Origin: Planctomycetota bacterium
GTDB lineage: Bacteria; Planctomycetota; SZUA-567; H5-PLA8
NCBI GenBank assembly: GCA_027493525.1
Contig: JAOSKN010000002.1
Span: forward strand, 1,271,326-1,335,325
Direction: 5' to 3'
Length of the DNA: 64,000 bases
Shown: piece after piece, positions 10,716-20,188 of the stretch
Layout: each line of letters begins with the position of its first letter
Position numbering within the stretch: position 1 is the stretch's first letter
Position numbers and translations under genes: made by a program
Notes under the pieces: model-generated
Database searches by the model: none
What the model was told of the DNA's origin: nothing
What the model saw: the letters and a program-made list of their open reading frames with translations, nothing else

Positions 10716-12827
10716 ATGCCGGCATCGGCGGTGGTGAAGCTGCCTACGGGCGCGGATTTTCGGGCGGCGGTGTACGGGGTTTCGTTCGCGGGGTCGGCGG
10801 ACCCGGAAGGCGGGGCGCGGCGCGCGCCGGGGTCGCGCTTCGCGTTCGCGTCGGAGGTGCTCCTGCAGAGCGGGGCGCGGCCCTCGCACGCGCTGGTGGA
10901 GCTGCCGCTGGGGGCGTGGTCGGAGCGCGCGCCGAGGGTGGCGGCGGCGGAAGGCGGGCCGCTGGCGGGCGTAAAGCTGGGCACGCGCGCGAAGGCGCAC
11001 GTGCTGAGCGGGAAGCGGGCGTACACGCTGCTGGTGGGGAGCGTGGCGGCGATCCAGCACGACCTGGGCGCGGACGCGGCGACGCTGACGGTGCTGGACG
11101 ACCGCTGGCTGCTGGAGGGCGTGCCGGTGGCGGGCCAATTCATCCGCGATCCGGCGCGGGAATTGACGCTATACCGAGAGCGGGGGCCGTGCCGTTTCAA
11201 TCCGGACGGGCGGCCGAATTGCCTGGACACGGCGGCGGGCCCGCTCTTCGCGCCGTACCCGGGCTACGGCCGCGCGGACGGGGACGCCGAGCCGGCGCCG
11301 GGCGCGGCGACGGCGGCGGCGCGGCCGTGGCGGCACGCGGACATCGCCGAGTACCTGGCGGCGACGCTGGCGAGCGAGGCGTACGCGGCGGAGACGGCGG
11401 CGTTCCCGCACTTCGCGCGCGCGGACGCTTCGCGGGTGCTCGTGCCCGCGGGCCTGGGGCTGGCGCTGCTGGGGGACGCGGAGCACGAGCCGGAGGACGC
11501 GCGGGGCGCGGGCGGGTTCACGGCGGCCGACCGGGAGGGCGCGGGGCGCGCGCCGGACCTGACGCTGGAGGGGCTGGACCTGCTGGCGGCGCTGAACCGG
11601 GTCGTGGAGAGCGCGGGGGCCTACGCATTGTGGTGCGCGCCGCTGGAGGATTCGTGGCGTTCGGTCCTGCGGATCGTGCCGGCGCGGCACCTCGACGGGG
11701 CCGGGGGCACGGCGCTGGCGCGGCCGGCGGGCGGGGCGCTGGGGGCGCACGGCGGGGCGCTGGGGGCGCGGGCGGGGACGCTGGAGGAGGACGGGACGGA
11801 GCTGTACACGCGCGTGGTGGTGGCGGGGGACGCGGCGGAGCTGGAGCGGCGGCTGGCGTTCGAACCGGAGGGCGGGGGCGGGCTGGCGGCGGCGTGGAGC
11901 GCGGAGGACGAGGAGGCGTTCCGCGCGTACGTGCGCGACCATCCGGAGCATCCGGGCTCGGCCGAGGCGTTCCTGGAGGCGGCGTGGCGCTACCCGCGGG
12001 TCTTCGCGGCCTATCACGTCGACGCGGAATTCGACTGGCTGGAGGGGACGAAATACGCGGGCTTCCCGCGGGCGACGCCGCATCCGCCGATCCTGCCGCG
12101 GCTGCTCTCGGAATTCACGGAGGAAATCGAGGGTCAAATCCGGCGGGTATTCCCGGCCGCGACGACGGTGGAACTGGCCGACGACGAGGGCGAATTCCGG
12201 GCGCGCACGCAACTGGACGGGCTGGAGGTGGACGACGACGGGACGCTGTGGCTGCCGGGACTGCGCGAGGCGGGGCTGTCCGATCCGCAATCGGGGACCT
12301 GGAAGGGGGATCTGGCGGACGCCGGGACGCTGGAGGCGCGCGCGCTGCGGGTGACGCTGGCGCTGCGGCTGGACGCGCGGCTGACGGCGGCGCTGGGGCT
12401 GCACGGCTCGGGCGAAGGAGCGGGCGCCGATCCGAACGCCGAGGCCGGGGCGCTCGCCGAGGGCCTCGCGCGGACCTACCGGGTCGATGCGGAGGGCGCG
12501 TACCGGGAGCATCTGCGCAGGGAGAGTTGGCCGGTTCCGGAGAGCGTGGAGGGGGCGGAGGCGGCGCCGGATCGGGCGGCGGAGGGCGCGGAGCTGCGCG
12601 GCGACGGGGCGCGCGCGCGGGCGCACGCGCAGCGGCGGCTGGCGGAGGTGGCGCGGGCGCGGCGGAGCGGGCGGCTGATCTTCCCCGCGCCGGCGCTGTG
12701 GACGCCGGGGACGGCGATCGAGGAGCTGGTGAACGCGGGCGGGACGGGGCGCTATCCGGTGCGGGGCGTGGTGGCGCGGGTGCGGCATTCGTACGCGCGG
12801 CAGGAGACGGAGGTGGAGCTGGCTTGA
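10716..12827 (+). CDS. large hypothetical protein (phage-like module); start uncertain
   Basis: A 2.1-kb clean ORF. The overlapping long ORFs on other frames and on the minus strand are Arg/Gly-rich artefacts. Confidence 0.55.
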   Translation: MPASAVVKLPTGADFRAAVYGVSFAGSADPEGGARRAPGSRFAFASEVLLQSGARPSHALVELPLGAWSERAPRVAAAEGGPLAGVKLGTRAKAHVLSGKRAYTLLVGSVAAIQHDLGADAATLTVLDDRWLLEGVPVAGQFIRDPARELTLYRERGPCRFNPDGRPNCLDTAAGPLFAPYPGYGRADGDAEPAPGAATAAARPWRHADIAEYLAATLASEAYAAETAAFPHFARADASRVLVPAGLGLALLGDAEHEPEDARGAGGFTAADREGAGRAPDLTLEGLDLLAALNRVVESAGAYALWCAPLEDSWRSVLRIVPARHLDGAGGTALARPAGGALGAHGGALGARAGTLEEDGTELYTRVVVAGDAAELERRLAFEPEGGGGLAAAWSAEDEEAFRAYVRDHPEHPGSAEAFLEAAWRYPRVFAAYHVDAEFDWLEGTKYAGFPRATPHPPILPRLLSEFTEEIEGQIRRVFPAATTVELADDEGEFRARTQLDGLEVDDDGTLWLPGLREAGLSDPQSGTWKGDLADAGTLEARALRVTLALRLDARLTAALGLHGSGEGAGADPNAEAGALAEGLARTYRVDAEGAYREHLRRESWPVPESVEGAEAAPDRAAEGAELRGDGARARAHAQRRLAEVARARRSGRLIFPAPALWTPGTAIEELVNAGGTGRYPVRGVVARVRHSYARQETEVELA

Positions 12828-12851
12828 GGGGGGAAGCTCCAGGGCAAAAAA

Positions 12852-12935
12852 GACAAGTAAACAGTAAACAGTAAACAGTAAACAGTAATCAGTAATCAGT
12901 AATCAGTGAACAGTGAACAGTGAACAGTGAACAAT
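12852..12935. repeat. (AACAGTA)n (AATCAGT)n (GAACAGT)n heptamer arrays; reverse complement of CACTGTT
   Basis: Seen in sequence. Confidence 0.9.
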
Positions 12936-13335
12936 TCGGTGTGGCTCGTTTGCTGTTTTCATTTTGCTGTTTGTTTGAGATTTGGTTCTTGTCGTTTGCC
13001 GTTTTGAGTCCTGAAGGGTCGAATGAGAATAGCCCAGCGATTCATCGCTGGGAAAATGGTTGGGTTCGCTGGGCGCGGGAAGCATCAAATCAAAAGAACC
13101 AAAACCCAAACAAATTTCAAACGGCAAGAACAAAATTCCAAACAATCGGCGAACAGATCGGCGCTCGAACTCATGCCGCCCCTGCGGGGCTCAAACGAGT
13201 CAAGGGCCGAGTACCAGGGGCTTACGCCCTGGCTATAGCATGGCGGCCCCGCGGGCCTGAATGGCGGTATGGGAATTCATGCCGCGATTGTTAAGTTAAG
13301 GAAATGTGACTGCAACAGCCGGTGACCGGCCCCGG

Positions 13336-13648
13336 CACACCACTGGGTGGTGTGGCACCTAAGACTCACGACGCGGCGGAGGGGACGCTGGGCGCGGGCG
13401 AGTGGCGACCGGGAACAGAGAACCGGGAACCGGTGACCGAAAACCGTTGTTCGCGCGGGCGGCACACCACTGCGTGGTGTGGCACCCAAAACTCACGACG
13501 CGGCGGAGGGGACGCTGGGCGCGGGCGAGTGGCGACCGGGAACAGAGAACCGGGAACCGGTGACCGAAAACCGTTGTTCGCGCGGGCGGCACACCACTGC
13601 GTGGTGTGGCACCCAAAACTCACGACGCGGCGGAGGGGATGGTTGGCG
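13336..13648. repeat. 117-bp tandem repeat, about 2.7 copies, each copy containing the hairpin box GCACACCACTGCGTGGTGTGGCACC
   Basis: Copies at 13336-13452, 13453-13569, and a partial copy at 13570-13648. The box also occurs at 108-135. Confidence 0.85.
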
Positions 13649-13715
13649 CGGGCGAGCGCAGATGATAGCGCGATATTTAAGCTCATGTTTTTGAGAAAAA
13701 CTTGGATATGAAATA

Positions 13716-13938
13716 GCTACTGTTCACTGTTCACTGTTCACTGTTCACTGTTCACTGTTCACTGTTCACTGTTCACTGTTCACTGTTCACTGTTCACTGT
13801 TCACTGTTCACTGTTCACTGTTCACTGTTCACTGTTCACTGTTCACTGTTCACTGTTCACTGTTCACTGTTCACTGTTCACTGTTCACTGTTCACTGTTC
13901 ACCGTTCACCGTTCACCGTTCACTGTTCACCGTTCACC
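13716..13938. repeat. (CACTGTT)n, about 30 units, with CACCGTT variants
   Basis: Seen in sequence. Confidence 0.9.
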
Positions 13939-14140
13939 GTTCATTGGCTACCTGGCACACGGTATCCGGCAACCGGCAACCAAGCTGAGGCAGACTCTTG
14001 CATGAATCTCGACCGGACCGGCATCGATCTTTCCATCCTGCGCCGGCTGGCGCTGGCGGAGCGGGCTCGGGCGCGGGAACGGGGCCCGGCGGGGCGGACG
14101 CGGGTGCGTTCGGCGGGCGCGTTGGGGGCAGCCGTACGAC

Positions 14141-14604
14141 GTGCTCGAACTGGATTTCTTCGCCGCCGAGCCGCTTTCGGCGCAGCCGGGCTCGGGCGAG
14201 ACGGCCTTCGCGTACTCGCCGGAGCTCGTCTTCGACCCGCCGTATGGCTTCGCGCCGTACACGCTTTTGTGGGCCGAGCCGCAGCCGCTCGAACTGGACG
14301 ACGCGGCCCTGGGGGACTCTTCCGGGCTTACTTCGAACTGCGCTTCGACGACGAGCGGGTCGAGAACCTGAACGTCTTCGAGGTCTACGCGCCCGGGGAC
14401 GGGAGCGTCGCGGCGATCCCGCCGTTCATCGACAGCGCACAGGAGGCCGGGGAAGGGCGGCGGCTGGTGGGCGCGCGGCTGGCGCTTTCGGCGGACGGGC
14501 CGGGGACGGCGACGGCCACGCTGTATCCGGGCGTCTCGTGGCTGCTTTTCTTCCGTTCGCGGGAGGGTCAATACCGGCATGAGGAATTGACGATTGACGA
14601 TTGA
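14141..14604 (+). CDS. hypothetical protein with apparent frameshift near 14320
   Basis: Frame 2 is protein-like for 14141 to about 14320, then frame 1 is protein-like to 14604. Confidence 0.35.
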
Positions 14605-14684
14605 CGATTGCGGAATGCGGAATGCGGAATGCGGAATGCGGAATGCGGAATGCGGAATGCGGAATGCGGAATGCGGTTGGATGG
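14596..14684. repeat. (GAATGCG)n, about 11 units
   Basis: Seen in sequence. Confidence 0.9.
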
Positions 14685-14910
14685 GGTGACGCGACGATGC
14701 TGCGATGAAATTTAGTATGTGTTCAAATGAGGATGCAAATGCGCGGGCTGAGGCTCGCGTTTTTTTTTGCTCCATGCCTGCCGGCGGGGACGCAAGCGTA
14801 TGCGGGCGGCTCGTTGCGCTGAGGCGCGGCCCGGCCGGGTATGCATAAAAAAATGCGGAGGATACCGGTCAGGGCGTCCTCCGCATTCGATCGGGTGTGG
14901 AGGATTCCGG

Positions 14911-15144
14911 TTACTCGGCCTTCTTCTCCTCGGTCTTCGCTTCGCCGGTCTTTTCGCCGGTCTTTTCCGTCTTCTCTTCGGTCTTGCCTTCGCCGGTCTT
15001 CGCTTCTTCGCCGGTCTTGGCCTCGGTCTTGGCCTCGTCTTCCGCGTGCCCCATCGGAGCAGCGGCCATCAACCCCAGACCCAACAGCAACGCCAATGCG
15101 AAACGCACAGCACGCCCCCTTTCAATCGGGTTTCTTGCGACCAT
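14911..15144 (-). CDS. small secreted protein with KTE/KTG repeats
   Basis: Signal-peptide-like ALALLLGLGLMAAAPMGHA, followed by a charged repeat. Confidence 0.35.
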   Translation of the reverse strand: MVARNPIERGRAVRFALALLLGLGLMAAAPMGHAEDEAKTEAKTGEEAKTGEGKTEEKTEKTGEKTGEAKTEEKKAE

Positions 15145-15345
15145 CGCGAACCATTCGCGAAGCCGCTATCTTTACCATAACCTGACGAAACCATGTAGCT
15201 TATCTTCAAAGAAGCGGCTTATGTAACATTTGTCCACAAAAGGGATTATGGAATTGCGTGCCGAAATTTCCCACATCGCCTGCCCCGAATCCCTACCTTC
15301 TTATGCCGCGGCGCGAGAATTCTGGCCTGAAATCGGGCGGGTGAA

Positions 15346-15625
15346 CGGCGGTTGCCGGTTGTTGGGGTGCTTTCTTTTTTGTTTGAGGTGCTGGCGATAG
15401 ATCGAGAATTCCGAAGCAACCGAGAACCGATAACTGGCGGGCGGCGCACCTCTGCGCGGTGTGGCGCCAGGGAGGAGGCGACGCGGTTGTCGGTTGCTGA
15501 AGTGCTTGCTATTTGGATTGGAAGTGCAGGCCACAAGAAAAGAGTTCCAAAGCAGCCGGGAACCGGTGGCCGGCGGGGGGCACGGGGCAGCTTCGCTGAC
15601 CCGTGGCACGGCGGGGTGCGAGACG
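15346..15625. repeat. composite repeat element: GTTGCYG array + AT-rich core (GGTGCTTTCTTTTTTGTTTGAGGTGC...AAGAGTTCCAAAGCAACC) + inverted GAACCGG array + CGGCACGGGGCAGCTTCGCTGACCCGTGGCACGG box
   Basis: Related copies lie at 26327-26565, 27686-27885, 29093-29262, and at 20125-20188 joined to 21662-21790 (split by the IS66 element). Confidence 0.8.
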
Positions 15626-15723
15626 GTTGGCGGGGGCGCGCCGGGCGCATGCGCTTTACCGGCGCGCCGCGCCGGATAAAAGAGGGAGGAACGCAACCCC
15701 GCTTAAACCCCAGGAGCCCCGCC

Positions 15724-15954
15724 ATGGCCAAGACCACGTGCCCCATCAGCCGCGAGGAGTTCCGCGCGCACGCGAAGGCGATCAAGATCGAGATCAACGG
15801 GATCCCGATGATGGCCGAGGTGAAGGAATTCTCGACGGGTTCCTTCGGCTGGTATCTGAGCGGGAAGACGGCGCTCGAAATCGGCGGCAAGACGGTCTCG
15901 GTGCAGGTCGGCGCGAACCTGACGGTGATTGGGAGCAAGGAGTTGCCGAAGTAG
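15724..15954 (+). CDS. small hypothetical protein (76 aa)
   Basis: MAKTTCPISREEF follows a purine-rich stretch (AAGAGGGAGGAACG). The remainder of the translation is protein-like. Confidence 0.4.
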   Translation: MAKTTCPISREEFRAHAKAIKIEINGIPMMAEVKEFSTGSFGWYLSGKTALEIGGKTVSVQVGANLTVIGSKELPK

Positions 15955-15956
15955 GG

Positions 15957-16195
15957 CCGGGGGTTGGGGAAAGTATGAAGTATGAAGTATGAAGTATGAA
16001 GAAAGAGAAAGTATGAAGTATGAAATATGAAATATGAAATATGAAGTAAGAGGCTTGAGGCTTGAGGCTTGAGGCTTGAGGCTTGAGGCTTGAGGCTTGA
16101 GGCTTGAGGCTTGAGGCTTGGCAAGAGTGCTTTGGATTTCGTACTTCTTCTTTTTCATACTTCATACTTCATACTTCATACTTCATATTTCATCC
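15957..16195. repeat. nested heptamer arrays: (GTATGAA)n, then (GCTTGAG)n, then inverted (TTCATAC)n
   Basis: Seen in sequence. The outer arrays are reverse complements of each other. Confidence 0.9.
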
Positions 16196-16411
16196 TTTCC
16201 CAAACAAACGGCAAACGGCAAATGGAAAACGGCGCGGGACGGGCGGCTGAATTCGGGAGCATGGAAACATATGGGCTTGGAATTCGGAAGACAGGACAGG
16301 CGGCGAACCGCGGCCGGAGCAGGGGCGCCGGCGGCGTGGGGCGCTTGCCAGGTTCGGGACCTTCCTTTAAGTTAGCTGGATTGAAAGCCTTCAACTCAAA
16401 AGGAGCGCGCC

Positions 16412-16903
16412 ATGGCCAACCCGATCGTCGTTTTCACCACGTCGCAGGGGAGCTTTGAGGTGGAACTGTACGCGGACAAGACGCCGGCGACGGTGCAGAA
16501 CTTCGTCCAGTACGTGAGCGACAAGCACTACGACGGGACGATCTTCCATCGCGTGATCGACGGGTTCATGATCCAGGGCGGCGGTTTCGGGGCGGACGGG
16601 AAGCAGAAGCCGACGCGCGCGCCGATCAAGAACGAGTCGGGGAAGGGCCCGAAGAACTGCAACTACGGGATCGCGATGGCGCGGACGAGCGACCTGAACA
16701 GCGCGACGGCGCAATTCTACATCAACGTGGCCGACAACGCGTTCCTCGACGACGGCCAATACTGCGCCTTCGGGAAGGTGACGCAGGGGACGCAGACGAT
16801 CGACAAGATCAAGAAGGTCGCGGTGGACAAGCCGGGGCGGCTGAGCGAGGCGCAGCCGAAGACGCCGGTGGTGATCGAGTCGGCGACCGTCAAACCGCAG
16901 TAA
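16412..16903 (+). CDS. ppiB: peptidyl-prolyl cis-trans isomerase, cyclophilin type
   Basis: Cyclophilin hallmark motifs are present: FHRVIDGFMIQGGGF and NCNYGIAMAR. Confidence 0.9.
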   Translation: MANPIVVFTTSQGSFEVELYADKTPATVQNFVQYVSDKHYDGTIFHRVIDGFMIQGGGFGADGKQKPTRAPIKNESGKGPKNCNYGIAMARTSDLNSATAQFYINVADNAFLDDGQYCAFGKVTQGTQTIDKIKKVAVDKPGRLSEAQPKTPVVIESATVKPQ

Positions 16904-17095
16904 TCTGTAATCTGTGATCTGTGATCTGTGATCTGTGATCTGTGATCTGTGAGCTGTGGTCTGTGATCTGTGGTCTGTGATCTGTGGTCTGTGAGCTGTG
17001 GTCTGCAATACGTAACGGCGAACGGTAACTGCTGACGCCGCTGGCTAGTGAGGGATTTTTTACAGATTACAGATTACAGATTACAGATCACAGTC
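16903..17095. repeat. (CTGTGAT / CTGTGGT)n, then inverted (CAGATTA)n
   Basis: Seen in sequence. Confidence 0.85.
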
Positions 17096-17102
17096 TTCCC
17101 CC

Positions 17103-17981
17103 ATGCCCATACTCAAAGACCTGGCCGTCGTGCTGCGGACGTACGAGGTCTCGAACACGAGCCTCGTGCTGGTGCTCTTGGGCCGGCGGCTGGGTCAGGT
17201 GCGGGTGCTGGCGAAGGGCGCGCGGCGCTTCCACAAAAAAGGATTCGAGGGCGGCTTCGACCTGCTGGCGCAGGGCGAGGTGGTGGCGTATCCGCGGCGC
17301 GGGGAGGCGCTGTGGATATTGAAGGAGTGGGACGAGCGATCGCGCGCGGCGGGGCTGGGACGCGGGGCGCGGGAGCTGTGGGCGGCCAGTTACCTGTGCG
17401 AACTGGCGGAGGCGCTGACGCGCGAAGGCGCGGGGAGTTCGGGGGAGGACGGCGCGGGCGGGGACGAGGCGCCGGCGCGGCTGCACGGGTTGCTCGGCCG
17501 GGCCGCGCGGGCGCTGGAGTCCGGGGCATCGCCCGGCGCGACGCTGCTCTGGTTCACGCTCCACGCGCTGGAGTCGGCGGGGCTGCTGCCGGAGCTGGGG
17601 GCGTGTTCGCGCTGCGGGAAGGAGCTGGCGCGGAGCCGGCGGCCGGCGCGGCTGAACGCGGAGGGGCTGGTCTGCGAGGGGTGCCTGGCGGGGGAGGCGC
17701 TGGAGCGGCTGCCGGTGGGGGCGGCGCCGCCGGGGACGGTGGCGGAACTGGCGCGGCTGCTGGAGGCCGCGCCGGGGACGCGGCGCGCCGGGGCGGTGTG
17801 GCTGACGCCGGAGCTGCTCGGGGCGCTGCGGCATATCCAGCGCACGGGGAAGCCGGTGAAGCTGAGCGCGGGCGCGGCGCGGGCCGGGGCGCGGGCGCTG
17901 CTGGCGCTGGTCCACAACGCGCTGGAGCGCGACCTGCGCACGCTGCGGGCGGCGGCGAAGATGGTGGTGGAGATGAAGTGA
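17103..17981 (+). CDS. recO: DNA repair protein RecO
   Basis: An N-terminal OB-fold-like region (VVLRTYEVSNTSLVLVLLGRRLGQVRVLAKGARR) plus a CxxC...CxxC zinc finger. Confidence 0.85.
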   Translation: MPILKDLAVVLRTYEVSNTSLVLVLLGRRLGQVRVLAKGARRFHKKGFEGGFDLLAQGEVVAYPRRGEALWILKEWDERSRAAGLGRGARELWAASYLCELAEALTREGAGSSGEDGAGGDEAPARLHGLLGRAARALESGASPGATLLWFTLHALESAGLLPELGACSRCGKELARSRRPARLNAEGLVCEGCLAGEALERLPVGAAPPGTVAELARLLEAAPGTRRAGAVWLTPELLGALRHIQRTGKPVKLSAGAARAGARALLALVHNALERDLRTLRAAAKMVVEMK

Positions 17982-17984
17982 GAC

Positions 17985-18250
17985 CGTCATTGGTCATTGG
18001 TCATTGGTCATTGGTCATTGGTCATTGGTCATTGGTCATTGATGCGTGAAGAAACTAATTCCTGGACGATTTCAAGACATATTTAATGAATATAATGAAC
18101 TATTTAATGATTAATGATTAATGATTAATGATTAATGATTAATGATTAATGATTAATGATTAATGATTAATGATTAATGCTCAATGCTCAATGCTCAATG
18201 CTCAATGCTCAATGCTCAATGCTCAATGCTCAATGCTCAATGCTCAATGC
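17985..18250. repeat. (GGTCATT)n, (TAATGAT)n and (CTCAATG)n heptamer arrays
   Basis: Seen in sequence. Confidence 0.9.
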
Positions 18251-19330
18251 TCAGGCTTCTTCTCGCTTCCCATTCAAATTCCGGCCGATCGCTTCCAGGG
18301 TCGCGTGGTTTCCGTCGAGTTTTCCCCGGTCGATGCGGGCCTGATAGAAGTCGAGGCGGCCGAGGAACCCGCGGAGGCGGGCGGCTTCGACGGCGTGAAA
18401 GTCGGTCCAGTCTCCGGCGCCGGAGGCTTTGAGGAAATGCGCGTTGATGTACTGTTCGTAATTGCGGGGCTCGGGGAGCGCGAAGACGGGCTTGCCGAGG
18501 TAGAGGGCCTCGCCGACGAGCTGGTTGCCGGCGGTGGAGACGAGGGCGCGGCAGGCGGCGAGGTCGTCGAGGAATTGGCGGTCGTCGACGGGGAGGAATT
18601 GGAGCGCGCCGTCGGGGGGCGCGGCGCCGAGGCCGTAGACGCGGACGGGCAGGCCGCAGGCCTTGAGCGCGCCGAGGACGCGCGGGCCTCCGAAGCGGCG
18701 GAGGTAGACGAGCAGGTGGCCGGCGTCGCGGGGCCTGGCGTCGCGGACGGCGGGGCGCAGGAGCACGCCGACCTGCGTGACCGGGCCGTTGCCGCGCTTG
18801 AGCGGCGGGAAGTAGAACGAAGAGACGACGGTCTCGCGCTGCCCGCGGTAGTAGCCCTTGACGATGAGGCTCATGAAGCGCGCGTGGGCGCGCAGGTGGA
18901 AGGGCAGGGCGGAGAGGTCGCAGCAGACGAGGAAGTGCTGGTGCGAGACGCTGACGAAGGGCAGCCCGCTGGCGCGCGCGGCGCGGGGCAGCGCGGGTTC
19001 GAAATCGACGATGGCGAGGTCGGGCGCGTCGGCGTCGATGCGCCGGCGCAGGCCGGCGACGAGCGCGTTCAGATTCCAGAGGTAGCGCGCGCCGGCGGCG
19101 CCGGTCTTGAGGAAGGCGACTTCCTGGCGGCGGTTGTAGCGGAAGCGCAGGCCCGGCAGTTCGACGACCTCGACGTCGGTGCCGGCGTAGAGCGGGGCGA
19201 GGAGCGCGTGGGCGTCGCCGGGGGTGAAGAGGGTGATGCGGTGGCGCGGGCGCAGGAGCTCGACCAGCGTCCGCGCGCGCGCGGCGTGCCCGCGCCCTTC
19301 CCCCGCCATGCTGTAGAAGAGCCGGGCCAT
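18251..19330 (-). CDS. glycosyltransferase (MGT / GT1-GT28-like)
   Basis: MARLFYSMAGEGRGHAARA is a G-rich N-terminal motif typical of UDP-glycosyltransferases. The protein is 359 aa. Confidence 0.75.
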   Translation of the reverse strand: MARLFYSMAGEGRGHAARARTLVELLRPRHRITLFTPGDAHALLAPLYAGTDVEVVELPGLRFRYNRRQEVAFLKTGAAGARYLWNLNALVAGLRRRIDADAPDLAIVDFEPALPRAARASGLPFVSVSHQHFLVCCDLSALPFHLRAHARFMSLIVKGYYRGQRETVVSSFYFPPLKRGNGPVTQVGVLLRPAVRDARPRDAGHLLVYLRRFGGPRVLGALKACGLPVRVYGLGAAPPDGALQFLPVDDRQFLDDLAACRALVSTAGNQLVGEALYLGKPVFALPEPRNYEQYINAHFLKASGAGDWTDFHAVEAARLRGFLGRLDFYQARIDRGKLDGNHATLEAIGRNLNGKREEA

Positions 19331-19802
19331 GGGCGCGGGTGGGGTCCTCGGGCGAAGGAGGCGAAGTACGAACGGCAAACTGCAAACGGCAAGAACCAAA
19401 TTCCAAACAAACGGCAAACGGCAGACTGCGAACGGCTGATTGCAGACGGCAAGTGGACTATCGGTGAGGGGTGTGGGGAGGGGATGAAGGGCAGGGAAAG
19501 ATGCGGGGAAGGGGGTATTCAGTTCCGAGTTCCGAGTTCCGAGTTCCGAGTTCCGAGTGCCGGGGAAACTGCTTCTAACCACAGAGAACACAGAGATCAC
19601 GGAGGAAGAAAGTCTAGAAAAATTTTTCTCCGTGTCCTCTGTGCTCTCTGTGGTTCCATTCCGAGTGCCGGGTTCTGAGCGGCGCCGCTTGCTGCTGCAA
19701 CCCTTTCAGGGTTGGTGAGCAATGGGGCGGCGGACCCAGGGTAGGCGCGGCGCGCCAACCCTGGGCTGGGATATGCAAGCCCTTCGGGCTTGGGCGGCGG
19801 GA

Positions 19803-20093
19803 TCAGGAGGGGCTGGCGTCTTCGTCCTTCTTGCGCAGGCGGAGGCGGATGAGGATGCGGTTGCGCAGGCGGATCGCGGCGGGGAGTTCGGAGCCGAGGA
19901 TGGTGAGGCCGAGGAGGATGATCGGGGTGCCGGTCGGTCCGGGGAGCGGGAGGATCACGATCCCGGCGAGGAGGACCGTGGACCCGGCGACGCAGACGAT
20001 GACGCGGCGCGGCCACTTGAGGAGTCCGGCGCGCGGGGTTTTTCCCGGCGCGGCGCCGGGTGCGCGGTCGCGGTCGGTGGCGTCGGAGGCCAT
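19803..20093 (-). CDS. small membrane protein (PGPGW-like)
   Basis: Two hydrophobic helices with a PLPGPTGTPIILLG motif. Confidence 0.4.
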   Translation of the reverse strand: MASDATDRDRAPGAAPGKTPRAGLLKWPRRVIVCVAGSTVLLAGIVILPLPGPTGTPIILLGLTILGSELPAAIRLRNRILIRLRLRKKDEDASPS

Positions 20094-20188
20094 GGGGGCA
20101 TGATAGTCGGTCGGGGCGGGGATGCCATGGGTCTTGGTTGCCGGTTGTCGGTTGCTGGTTGCTGGTTGCTGAGGTGCTTTCTTTTCTG

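Noticed and set aside
10916-12874. Long alternative-frame and antisense ORFs (10916..12874 plus-strand, 11169..12788 minus-strand, 21498..23585 minus-strand, 23983..26298 minus-strand, 18237..19406 minus-strand).
   Set aside because: The translations are Arg/Pro/Gly-rich and low-complexity. In each case another frame gives a protein-like translation.
12920-13294. ORF 12920..13294 in the AT-rich segment between heptamer arrays.
   Set aside because: Its composition and low-complexity translation look non-coding. The segment is more likely spacer or regulatory DNA, or a small RNA.
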